The notes below the pieces were generated by a model. The model saw nothing but the letters and a program-made list of their open reading frames with translations. It was not told where the DNA came from and did no database searches. A program made the position numbers and the translations under genes. From Spirochaetia bacterium (lineage in GTDB: Bacteria; Spirochaetota; Spirochaetia; SZUA-6; Bin103): DNA of 64,000 nucleotides. Location of the stretch: the NCBI GenBank assembly GCA_965203905.1, contig CBDBDQ010000005.1, forward strand, positions 4,256,001-4,320,000, in the 5' to 3' direction. Of the stretch, positions 10,222-18,897 are shown piece by piece. Within the stretch, counting starts at the first letter, position 1; every line of letters starts with the position of its first letter.

Positions 10222-10515
10222 TCACTCGGCGGTCTCCTGGGTCGGAGCTAGCGCGCCCCGCTGCTTTCCCTCCACGAGGCCGGCGAGAAACGACACCCGC
10301 TGTTCTACGCCGGCGAGCCGATCCGCCAAGCGTTGATCTCCGGCCGCGACCTGGTCGGCGAGGCGTTGGTCTCCGGCCGCGACTTGGTCCGCGAGCCGTC
10401 TGTCTCCCGTTGCGACCTGGTCCGCCAGCCGGCGGAATCCGGAAACCACCAGCCCCGCGGTGGTTACCCCGGCGGCAACGACCGCCACGAGCACGGCTAC
10501 CCATTCAACGGACAA
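10222..10515 (-). CDS. Small membrane-anchored coiled-coil protein, three 11-aa repeats
   Basis: N-terminal hydrophobic helix; (QVAAGDQRLAD)x3; GGAGG RBS before TTG; paralogue adjacent. Confidence 0.75.
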   Translation of the reverse strand: MSVEWVAVLVAVVAAGVTTAGLVVSGFRRLADQVATGDRRLADQVAAGDQRLADQVAAGDQRLADRLAGVEQRVSFLAGLVEGKQRGALAPTQETAE

Positions 10516-10579
10516 TCAGAGTTCCTCCAGAAGCCCGCCCGATTGCAGACTCACAAACTCGCCGCCCCAGGCGCGCCCA

Positions 10580-10843
10580 TCACTCCGCCGCCTCTTGAGT
10601 CGGGGCTGACAACGCACCGCGCTGCCTCCCCTCTACGAGACCGGCGAGGAACGACACTCGCTGTTCGACGCCGGCAAGCCGATCCACGAGGCGTTGATCC
10701 CCAGCCGCGACCTGGTCCGCGAGCCGTTGATCTCCCGTTGCGACCTGATCCGCCAGCCGGCGGAATCCGGAGACCACCAGCCCCGCGGTGGTTATCCCGG
10801 CGGCAACGACCGCCACGAGCACGGCTACCCATTCAACGGACAA
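10580..10843 (-). CDS. Small membrane-anchored coiled-coil protein, paralogue with two 11-aa repeats
   Basis: Tandem duplicate of 10222-10515; GGAGGT RBS before TTG. Confidence 0.75.
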   Translation of the reverse strand: MSVEWVAVLVAVVAAGITTAGLVVSGFRRLADQVATGDQRLADQVAAGDQRLVDRLAGVEQRVSFLAGLVEGRQRGALSAPTQEAAE

Positions 10844-11071
10844 TCGGACCTCCAGGAGCCCACTCGATTGCAGGCTCACAGACTACAACGGGGCGCCGAC
10901 GCTGGCGCTTCTGCGACTTCCGCTCTGAGACTGTAATCAGCCGCAGTCACCAGGTTCAAGCGCCTCGGGGCGCTGGCGCGCCAATCCGACAGACTTCTAC
11001 CGGGAGTAGGGAGCCGACGCCTACGGGTGTGCATTCCTTTATGAGGCGGCACGGCTCGCGGGCTGTTCGGA

Positions 11072-12601
11072 CTACCCTGGCGGCTCGGTGTGGGGCTCCC
11101 AGATGCGGCTCGCGCGTGCCTCGAAGAACCCCTGGTTGGTAGGTCTGAGCTTCCAGATCTCCACCGTGCGCAGGGTCAGCGGTGGGGTGCGTCCGCGGCT
11201 GCCGAACAGGTAGGCGCGCAGCTCGCTGCCGGCGTCACGGTAGGCGGTAAACACGGTCAGCAGCGCCTGGCGGCCGTTGACGAACACTTCCACCAGGTAC
11301 TTGTCGACGAAGATGCGTAGCTCCAGGTCTTCCCCCGGCGGCAGATCCGCCACGGCGAACGGGGCCTCGGTGGCGCCGGCGCAGATGGTGCCGGTCTCCG
11401 GCCGGAGCAGTACCGGCAGGCCCTCGTGGTCGTCGTCGGCGAACAGCAGCAGGCCGAAGCGGTGGCGCTCGGCCTCGGCCCGGTCGACCGAGATCCGCAC
11501 CTCGAACGCGTCGCCCCCCGGCTCCGCGATGCTGGTGCGGGCATAGGAGGGTTGCCCGGCGGCGGGACGTGTGCCGAGGGGCGGCACCACCACGTCGTGC
11601 AGTGTCACCGCATCGTAGCGCAGCGTCTCCAGTTCGCGCAGCGGCTCGATGCGCAGGGTGCCGTCGGCGAACAGGCTTAGCTCGCGCGGCAGCGATTGCA
11701 CCGACTTGAGGTCGATTGCCGGGTCGGCGGTGCACAGCCAGGCCCACATCACCCGCCGTCCGTCGGCGGTGAGCACGCTCTCGGGGGCGAAGAAGTCGCG
11801 GTAGACCGGCTCGGTCAACGACTGGTCGGCGCGCCGCCAGTTCATGCGCTCGTGAATCTGCGGCACGAAATGTTCCGCCTCCGCGTCCCAGTCGCCGAGG
11901 TAGTAGCGGCAGCCGATCTGGTGACTGATGCACAGCAGCATCCACTTGTCGCCGAGCGGATACAGGTTGGCGCAGGAGGTGTCCTCGCCCATGGCGACGT
12001 CGGGAAGGTCGTGCTGCAGCAGCGGGCCGACGTAGCGCCAATTCACCAGGTCGGTGGACTTGACCAGCTCCAGGTTGTCGCCGGCGGAGTAGGCGTAGTA
12101 GGTGTCGCCGACCTGGAACAGGTCGGGATCGCCGGCCAGGATCACCTTCTTGCCCTCCGGCACGCCGGTGGGCAGCACCGGGTAGGGCTTGCTCCAGCGG
12201 CTCAGCCGGTTGTCCTCGGCCACGGTGATGTAGGTGCGGCCGGGATCGGACAGGCCGGGGTACATCGCCGCCGGCTTGTCCTCCCTGGTGATGAAGCCGG
12301 TGCCGCTGAAGGTGCCGTGGCCGGTGAAGCTGGGCTGCAGCTTGGTGGTCTGCCAAGTCCAGTGCAGCATGTCGGGGCTGGTCACGTGGATGAAGCAGAA
12401 CGAGGTCTCCCGGTCGCGCGGCCGCGCGGTACCGCCGCGCCACGGGTGGCGCAGGATGTAGTGCAGGTGGTAGACGCCGTCCAGGCAGTAGGCCAGGTTG
12501 GGGTCGCCGGGCGCGCTGTCCTCGCCCGGGTGCATCAGATGAAAGTTGAGCGCCAGCTCGTCGCTCACGGTGCTGTCGTCGAAGCCCTTTGCAGTTGCCA
12601 T
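11072..12601 (-). CDS. Glycoside hydrolase family 32-like protein (divergent)
   Basis: GDPN, SPDMLHW, FSGTG, QSLPREL, LRIFVDKYLVEVFVNG. Confidence 0.85.
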   Translation of the reverse strand: MATAKGFDDSTVSDELALNFHLMHPGEDSAPGDPNLAYCLDGVYHLHYILRHPWRGGTARPRDRETSFCFIHVTSPDMLHWTWQTTKLQPSFTGHGTFSGTGFITREDKPAAMYPGLSDPGRTYITVAEDNRLSRWSKPYPVLPTGVPEGKKVILAGDPDLFQVGDTYYAYSAGDNLELVKSTDLVNWRYVGPLLQHDLPDVAMGEDTSCANLYPLGDKWMLLCISHQIGCRYYLGDWDAEAEHFVPQIHERMNWRRADQSLTEPVYRDFFAPESVLTADGRRVMWAWLCTADPAIDLKSVQSLPRELSLFADGTLRIEPLRELETLRYDAVTLHDVVVPPLGTRPAAGQPSYARTSIAEPGGDAFEVRISVDRAEAERHRFGLLLFADDDHEGLPVLLRPETGTICAGATEAPFAVADLPPGEDLELRIFVDKYLVEVFVNGRQALLTVFTAYRDAGSELRAYLFGSRGRTPPLTLRTVEIWKLRPTNQGFFEARASRIWEPHTEPPG

Positions 12602-12698
12602 AGCGGTTGCCCGCGAGTGTAGGCGGCGCCGCCGGGGTCCGCAACAGCACAGTTTGGAAGCGTCCCTGCTGACTCTGTCAGCGCGGCGTTTTCGTTTG

Positions 12699-12713
12699 TG
12701 CTATAATGACATA
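12699..12713 (+). promoter_or_regulatory. Extended -10 promoter, leaderless
   Basis: TGcTATAAT at 12699-12707, 6 nt before GTG at 12714. Confidence 0.75.
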
Positions 12714-13040
12714 GTGATGCAGCGGCAGCGCCGGATGGTCTCCAGGGATCTTGTGTTGCAGCGGGCGGCCAGGCTGTTCTGGGATCGACCGCTGTCCCCC
12801 GCTGACTTGGAAACATTTCCCCGCTGGGTGGTTGCGCGAGTGATCCACCATGGTGACCTGGACGACGTACGCGGCCTCGCGGCAGTCATGGGGAGACGTG
12901 CGTTTCTGGAGACGGTCTCCACGGTCAGAATGCAGTCCGTCAAGGTGGCCGCACTCTGGGACGCGGTCCTGAAGCTGGAGGGTGTCCCGTGCACACCGAA
13001 GTGCTCCCGGCAACCAGCGGCGAGCTCCTGGCCACCCTGA
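12714..13040 (+). CDS. Small partner/antitoxin of the nucleotidyltransferase (DUF6922-like)
   Basis: LFWD...WVVARVIHHGDLDD motif; overlaps the toxin gene. Confidence 0.7.
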   Translation: MMQRQRRMVSRDLVLQRAARLFWDRPLSPADLETFPRWVVARVIHHGDLDDVRGLAAVMGRRAFLETVSTVRMQSVKVAALWDAVLKLEGVPCTPKCSRQPAASSWPP

Positions 13041-13618
13041 CCAGCCGCGGGGCCACTGAGTTCCACGGCTGGGTGTTGGCCGGCGGAACGGGGTTGGCGC
13101 TGCAGCTCGGCCACCGGATCTCCGAAGACTTCTATTTTTTTCGTACGCGTGCCGTGGACACCGCCGCGCTCTCCGACCGGCTGCGCGACGTGGCCACGTG
13201 CGAAACCCTCTACTCCGATGAGCATACGTTGACCGTGCTCGTGGACGGCGTCAAGCTGTTCTTCTTTCAGGTCCGTGATCCGTTCCTGTTTCGGGCGACA
13301 CCGTTCTCGTTTTTTGGCGTCGCCGACCTTCGTGACATCGGGTTGATGAAGCTGCTGGCGGTTACCAATCGGGGCAGTCGCAAGGACTTCGTCGACCTCT
13401 TTGCGCTGCTGCAGACCGGCCCTTCTCTCAGCGACTACCTGCAGCTACTGCCGCGCAAGTATGGACCGGGCCGTTTGAATCCCTATCAGGTAGCGACGAG
13501 CCTGACGTACTTCGAAGATGCGGAAGCGGAGCCGCTGCCACGTATGCGTGAACCCTTCGAGTGGTCGGCGTGCAAGGAGTTCTTCGTCCGGGAAGTGCGG
13601 GCCCTGGTGCTGCCGTAG
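12989..13618 (+). CDS. AbiEii/AbiGii-family nucleotidyltransferase toxin
   Basis: LAGGTGLALQLGHRISED, MKLLA..RGSRKDFVDL. Confidence 0.88.
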   Translation: MHTEVLPATSGELLATLTSRGATEFHGWVLAGGTGLALQLGHRISEDFYFFRTRAVDTAALSDRLRDVATCETLYSDEHTLTVLVDGVKLFFFQVRDPFLFRATPFSFFGVADLRDIGLMKLLAVTNRGSRKDFVDLFALLQTGPSLSDYLQLLPRKYGPGRLNPYQVATSLTYFEDAEAEPLPRMREPFEWSACKEFFVREVRALVLP

Positions 13619-13659
13619 GCCGCGCTGGCTCGGCCACGCGCTGGGTAGCAGCCGCGCGT

Positions 13660-14475
13660 TCAGGTCTTCGGCGGCGGCCGCTTGGGCGGCGAGAACAGCA
13701 GCAGCGTGCCGATCTGTCGGTAGCCAACGGTGGTGTACAGCTTGGCCCCGGTGTGCGAGGCGAGCAGCACGGCCAGCTTCGCGCCCGCCGCGCGGTCGTC
13801 GCGCAGCAGGCGGCACAGCATGGCGCGGGCGATGCCACGGCGGCGGAACTCGCGCTGCACGAACATGTTCTGGCACCAGGTCGCGTCCTCCACGGCGATG
13901 CTGCCGACCCAACCGACGATCGCGCCGTCGATCAGCGCGACGTACTGGCGCTGGGGCGCGTCGGCGCCCAGGTTCTCGGGAAGGATCTGGCGGCTGCGCG
14001 CGGCCTTGGCCAGGCGCTGGGCCAGCTCAGGGGTACGGACACGACGGATGGTCGCGGGAGCGGCGACCCGCGGGATGCGCCGCAGGCGGTGGACCATGAA
14101 CGGTTCGGTGGTCATCAGCCGGTAGTCGAGCGCCTTGAACCCGGTGCGCAACGGCTGGTCCGGCTCGTCGGCCGCATGAATTGCGCACACGGTGTAGCCG
14201 CCACGCTGGTGCGGTTGCGGGCCGGTCGCCGCCGCGTGAACCCAGTCCGGCGCCAGGCCGTGGCTCACCCACTCCTCGTTGCGGTACTTGCCGCTCCGGC
14301 GCTCGGCATCGCGCAGTACCCACAGGCTGCCTCCCGGTTGGCTCTCGGGTGTGCCGGTGGGTAGTCGCTCCGCGAGGTAGGGGTGGGTGAAGCTGCGCGC
14401 GAAGCACCAAGCGCGTGCAAACACCTCAATCGCACGCTCGAACTCATCCGCCGTCACCGTTTGACTATACGCCAT
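13660..14475 (-). CDS. GNAT family N-acetyltransferase
   Basis: V.REFRRRGIARAML, LYTTVGY. Confidence 0.85.
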   Translation of the reverse strand: MAYSQTVTADEFERAIEVFARAWCFARSFTHPYLAERLPTGTPESQPGGSLWVLRDAERRSGKYRNEEWVSHGLAPDWVHAAATGPQPHQRGGYTVCAIHAADEPDQPLRTGFKALDYRLMTTEPFMVHRLRRIPRVAAPATIRRVRTPELAQRLAKAARSRQILPENLGADAPQRQYVALIDGAIVGWVGSIAVEDATWCQNMFVQREFRRRGIARAMLCRLLRDDRAAGAKLAVLLASHTGAKLYTTVGYRQIGTLLLFSPPKRPPPKT

Positions 14476-14932
14476 TGACTGGCGGGCGGCGGGACTGCCG
14501 GGGGACGGCAACACCGGTGGTGACGAGGATCACCCCGAGCGCTGCCTGCAGCAGGTCGAGCAGGCGGAACGCGTCGGTCAGGGGGTCGCCGTAGGTGAGC
14601 AACAGGGGGAGGTACACCAGCAGGCGCAGCGGCAGGTAGGCGAGGGCGACGATCCCCTCGAGCAGCGTTACCTTGCGCATGGCGGCGCGCAGCCGCCCGT
14701 ACCGCGCAGCGCGGCGGTAGCCGAACCAGATGGCGAAGACCACGACCAGTTCACCGAGCCCGAACAGATAGATCGCCACCATTGAGAGCAGGGCGCGGGT
14801 GCGGGTCCACAGCTCGACGCCGGTGGCGGCCAGGTCCAGGAACTGCAGGAAGAGCGCCAGCGACACCAGGATCGACAGCAGCGCAGCGGCCATGCGCCTC
14901 GCCACCTGCCCAGGAGGCAGCTTGGTTCTCAT
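14465..14932 (-). CDS. Hypothetical membrane protein (about 4 TM helices)
   Basis: Hydrophobic segments; ATGA overlap with the aminotransferase stop. Confidence 0.65.
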   Translation of the reverse strand: MRTKLPPGQVARRMAAALLSILVSLALFLQFLDLAATGVELWTRTRALLSMVAIYLFGLGELVVVFAIWFGYRRAARYGRLRAAMRKVTLLEGIVALAYLPLRLLVYLPLLLTYGDPLTDAFRLLDLLQAALGVILVTTGVAVPRQSRRPPVNGV

Positions 14933-16080
14933 TCTGTCCCGGAGGCGGCGAAGCCTATCAGCCGCTGGAGGCCTTCGCGGAGGTCGGGGAGGGCGGTGGC
15001 GAGCGAGATGCGCAGCCGGCCGCTTGCCCCGGCGCCGAAGGTCTCGCCGGGCGCCACGGCGACGTCGACCTGCTGCAGCAGCCGGCGCGCATAGGCGAAG
15101 GTGTCGGCAACCGGCCCCGGCAGATCGACCAGCAGGTAGAAGGCGCCGTCCGGCCGATACCCGCACATCCCGGCAGCGCCCAGGAGGTCGCAGGCGAGGT
15201 CACGCCGCTCGCGGTAGGTGCGCGTCATGTGCGCCACGCACTCCTGCGGCCCGCTGAGCGCCGCCAGCGCGGCGTGCTGCGACGGCGCGGGCGCGCAGGC
15301 GACCGTGGCCTCCTGCAGCTTCACCAGCAGCGGCGCGACCGGCTCCGGGCAGGCCACGTAGCCGACACGCCAGCCGGTCATGGCGTAGCTCTTGGAGAAG
15401 CTGCCGACGGTGAAGCAGCGGTCGCGGGCGCCCAGGCTGGCGGGGCTGACGTGGCGGCCGTCGAATACGATCTTCTCGTAGCACTCGTCGGAGATCAGGT
15501 AGAGGTCGTGGCGCTCGGCCAGCTCCACGATCCCCTGCACCCGGTCGCGGCGCATCACGGCGCCGGTGGGGTTGGCAGGGCTGCCGACCATGATTGCCTT
15601 GGTCCGCGGCGTGATCGCGGCGGCGAGGGCGTCGAGGTCCGGCTGGTAGCCGTCGGCTGCCGGCAGGGGGTAGGGGACCGCCTCGGCCCCGCACAGCTCG
15701 GCGGCCATACGGTAGTTGGGATAGCCCGGATCCGGCACCAGGAGCTGGTCGCCGGGCTCCAGCACGCTCTGCTGGCTGGCGTAGAGGGCACCCATGGCTC
15801 CCATGGTGACGATGATCTGCTCGCTCGCGGCGGCGACGCCGTTGTCCGCCTGCAGCTTGGCGCGGAGGGCGTCGCGCAGCTCCGGCAGGCCTGCGTTCGG
15901 GGTATAGCCGGTGTAGCCGGCGCGCACGGCACGCGCCGCGGCGTCGGCGATGTGCGCCGGCGTGGGAAAGTCGGGCTGGCCGATCTCCAGGTGGATCACG
16001 CCGGGCCGTTGCGCCAGGTCCAGGATGGCACGGATGCCGGAGCGCGGCATCGCCTCCAGGCGCGGGTTGAGCGGGCGCAG
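14929..16080 (-). CDS. PLP-dependent aminotransferase class I/II (start uncertain)
   Basis: GQPDF, NPTG, SDECYE, SFSKSYAMTGWRVG. Confidence 0.92.
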   Translation of the reverse strand: MRPLNPRLEAMPRSGIRAILDLAQRPGVIHLEIGQPDFPTPAHIADAAARAVRAGYTGYTPNAGLPELRDALRAKLQADNGVAAASEQIIVTMGAMGALYASQQSVLEPGDQLLVPDPGYPNYRMAAELCGAEAVPYPLPAADGYQPDLDALAAAITPRTKAIMVGSPANPTGAVMRRDRVQGIVELAERHDLYLISDECYEKIVFDGRHVSPASLGARDRCFTVGSFSKSYAMTGWRVGYVACPEPVAPLLVKLQEATVACAPAPSQHAALAALSGPQECVAHMTRTYRERRDLACDLLGAAGMCGYRPDGAFYLLVDLPGPVADTFAYARRLLQQVDVAVAPGETFGAGASGRLRISLATALPDLREGLQRLIGFAASGTE

Positions 16081-16093
16081 AACGGCGGCTCCC

Positions 16094-17404
16094 TCAGCGG
16101 GACGCGGGCAGCGCGGGGTCCGATGCGGCTGCCGCACGTGCAGCGGCGACCGCAAATCCGGGTTGCACCGCCACTCCATATCGCGGCAGCACCCGCTCCA
16201 TCGCCTGCAACAGGGCGCACACGGAGTCCAGGTTGGCGACGAAGCCCATCAGTCCCACCCGGCTCCCGGCGTAGCCCATCTCGGCGACCTCCTGCGAGCC
16301 GCCGGCGGTGGCGATGCCGTGCTCGCGCCACACGGTCTTCATGTATTCCTGGGTGGGGAAGGACGCGCCCGGCATCACCACGCAGGTGGAGCAGGAAGCG
16401 GCGATCGACTCGTCGGCCAGCACCGCCAGCCCCATGGCGCGCACGCCGGCACGCAGTGCGCGGCCGGCTGCAACGTGGCGCGCGATCACCCGTTCCGGCC
16501 CCTCGCGCACGATCTCGCGCAGCGATGCCTGCAGCGCCAGCAGCAGCGAGTAGGACTGGGACGGGCCGTGGGCCGCCTTGTAGGCGGTGATCGAGGTGTC
16601 GACGGCGGCGGGTTCGGCGGCAGCGTCGCTGGCAGTGGGCGCGGCGCCGGGCGGCCCGCCGTTCGCCTGCTCGCGCTCCTGCTGCAATCCGCGGTGCCAG
16701 GTGCGCCAGGTGACCAGGTCCAGGCACAGGCCGGGGATCGGGGTCGAGCGCTGTTTCGCCACCTTCCAGGCACGCGCTCCGACCGCCACGATGGCGATCC
16801 CCTGCGGCGCGTTGATGCACTTCTGGCTGCTGGAGCAGCAGATGTCGATGCCCCACTCGTCCACCCTCAGCGGCTCGGACGTCAGGGAGGAGACTGCGTC
16901 GACCAGGTAGAGCACGTGCGGAAACTCGGCCCGGATCATGGCGCCGATGTCGCGCACCGGGTTGAGCGTGCCCGCCGTGGTCTCCAGGTGCACCACGGCG
17001 AACATCCGGGCCTGGGGATGGTCGCGTAGCGCCTGGCGCGCCTGCTCCACGGTGAGCGAGCTGCCCGGCGGCAGCTTGACCTCAGCTGCCGTTGCACCGA
17101 CCACGCGTACCAGGTCGGTGAGCACCTGGCCGAACATGCCGGTGTTCACGGTGACGCATTGGTCGCCGGGCTCCAGGAAGGTGTTGAACGCCGCCTCCTC
17201 GCCGTAGGTGGCGGAGCCGACCGGCAGCAGCACGTCGCCTGCGGTGTGCAGGAGCCGGCGCAGCAGTGCCACGCACTCGCCTTCCACCTCCGGGAACGGC
17301 GGGTAGTAGATCGGGTCGGGCAGCGGCCGGCTCAGCGCCTGGCGCGCGGCGGGGTAGAGGTCGGTCTGTCCGCAGGAGAGGTTGAGGTACGGCGCGGTGC
17401 TCAT
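16094..17404 (-). CDS. Aminotransferase class V (alanine-glyoxylate/serine-pyruvate-like)
   Basis: HLETTAGTLN, VDAVSS, SSQKC. Confidence 0.9.
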   Translation of the reverse strand: MSTAPYLNLSCGQTDLYPAARQALSRPLPDPIYYPPFPEVEGECVALLRRLLHTAGDVLLPVGSATYGEEAAFNTFLEPGDQCVTVNTGMFGQVLTDLVRVVGATAAEVKLPPGSSLTVEQARQALRDHPQARMFAVVHLETTAGTLNPVRDIGAMIRAEFPHVLYLVDAVSSLTSEPLRVDEWGIDICCSSSQKCINAPQGIAIVAVGARAWKVAKQRSTPIPGLCLDLVTWRTWHRGLQQEREQANGGPPGAAPTASDAAAEPAAVDTSITAYKAAHGPSQSYSLLLALQASLREIVREGPERVIARHVAAGRALRAGVRAMGLAVLADESIAASCSTCVVMPGASFPTQEYMKTVWREHGIATAGGSQEVAEMGYAGSRVGLMGFVANLDSVCALLQAMERVLPRYGVAVQPGFAVAAARAAAASDPALPASR

Positions 17405-17446
17405 AAACAGCGACTATGGGGATTGTCGCCCTGCACGGCAACTCCT

Positions 17447-18688
17447 TCAGGGTGCCGGGCCCGCCAAGACGTAGCCGTCACGTGCCACCGGGACGCCGTC
17501 GCGGATCACCGCGCGCACCTGCCGCAGTGCGCGAATATCGGCTCGCGGATCGGCGTCGAGGATGATGCAGTCGGCGCGCTTGCCCACCTCCAGCGTGCCG
17601 ACCTGGTCCTCCAGGCCCAACGCTGCGGCCGCGGTCGCGGTCGCCGCCTGCAGCACCGCGGCCGGCGTCATGCCGCCCAGTCCCACCATGGTCTCCAGGG
17701 TGCGCGCCAGGTCCACGAAGTTGGTGTCGACGATGCCCGCGTCGGTGCCGGCGATCACGGGGACGCCGGCCGCCACCAGGTCGCGGAAGGTGGTGAACCC
17801 GTCCCACGCCGGGTGCTGTGAGCCGGCCGCCTCCAGTTCCTCCAGCGGCCAGCGCTCGAAGCCGGCGATGGTCTTGCACACGAAGGTCCGGCGCGCGCGC
17901 ATCCGCTCCACCAGGTGCGGCCGGTAGTCCGTGCCGGGGCGGCCGCGCGCCAGCCAGCTGCAGTGCTCGATGCCGTCGCAACCGGCGCCGACGCAGCGTT
18001 CGATCCCCTCGGTGCCGTGGGCGTGGGCGGTGACGCGCAACCCGAGCCGGTGCGCGTCGTGCACGATCGCCTGCAGCTCCGCGAGGCCGTACTGCGCGGC
18101 GTTGGGGTTGGTGCCGCGGGTGCCGCCGCCGGTGGCCATCACCTTGATGAAGTCGGCTCCCGCCCGGTGCATGCGCCGCACCGCCCGGCGTACCGCAGTC
18201 TCCCCCTCGGCCTCGTTCTCCAGGAACCAGCAATGGCCGCCCGTGGTGGTGAGCGGCGCCCCGGCGGTAAGCACCCGCGGAGCGACCAGCAGGCGGTCGC
18301 GGACCGCCTGCGCCACGGGGATGATCACCTCCGCCAGGCCGCCGCAGTCGCGCACCGTGGTGACGCCGCGGCTCAGCGCCGCCCGCAGGTTGGCCACCGC
18401 GCGCACCGCGAGCCTGGCCGCCGGCCGACCGATCGCCGCGTACATCGGGTCCATGCCGTTTTCGACTCCGGCACCGCTCCACATCAGGTGCACGTGGCTG
18501 TCGATCAGCCCGGGGGCGATCACCTGCCCGGGGTAGTCGAGACGTTGCGCCGCGCCATGCGCCAGCCGCACGGCGGCGTCACCCGTCTCCACGATGACCC
18601 CATCCTCGACCAGCAGCGCCGCATCGGTGCGCGGCTCCGCGGCGGGGTTGCAGACCAGCAGCCGGCCGCGAATCAGGACTTGCGGCAC
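17447..18688 (-). CDS. Metal-dependent amidohydrolase
   Basis: PGLIDSHVH, GADFIK, AHAHG, IEH, AGTDAG. Confidence 0.92.
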   Translation of the reverse strand: MPQVLIRGRLLVCNPAAEPRTDAALLVEDGVIVETGDAAVRLAHGAAQRLDYPGQVIAPGLIDSHVHLMWSGAGVENGMDPMYAAIGRPAARLAVRAVANLRAALSRGVTTVRDCGGLAEVIIPVAQAVRDRLLVAPRVLTAGAPLTTTGGHCWFLENEAEGETAVRRAVRRMHRAGADFIKVMATGGGTRGTNPNAAQYGLAELQAIVHDAHRLGLRVTAHAHGTEGIERCVGAGCDGIEHCSWLARGRPGTDYRPHLVERMRARRTFVCKTIAGFERWPLEELEAAGSQHPAWDGFTTFRDLVAAGVPVIAGTDAGIVDTNFVDLARTLETMVGLGGMTPAAVLQAATATAAAALGLEDQVGTLEVGKRADCIILDADPRADIRALRQVRAVIRDGVPVARDGYVLAGPAP

Positions 18689-18897
18689 AGCCTGATCGGC
18701 TTCGTCGCCGTAGTCCGGCCCGCGGAGGTGCCCACCGGCGGCGTAGGGGGCGAATCAGTTGGGTCCAACAGCCCGTCGGAGCTCGTTTTCTCCCAATCAG
18801 ACCGATCGGTGCTTGCAGCCCACTCCGCCCACGCGGAGGAGTAGTGGTCGCCCAACTCGTCCACCGGTCGCAGTCGTGTCATCACCGGCACCCTCAC
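18673..18897 (-). pseudogene. Remnant resembling the C-terminal half of a MazE9-type antitoxin
   Basis: LGDHYSSAWAEWAAS.DRSDWEKTSSDGL; no RHH domain and no toxin; similarity recalled, not searched. Confidence 0.55.

Noticed and set aside
10322-10430. 33-bp repeats as a possible CRISPR array
   Set aside because: Contiguous in-frame coding repeats with no spacers and no cas genes.
10890-10975. tRNA-like fragments (gactgtaatc and aggttcaagcgcct)
   Set aside because: No D-arm or proper acceptor stem, wrong loop lengths and no CCA; at best a degenerate remnant. tRNAscan-SE/ARAGORN would settle it.
10183-11035. GTAGGG-initiated REP-like motifs near 10192 and 11005
   Set aside because: Only two short, dissimilar copies with weak palindromes and no RAYT gene.
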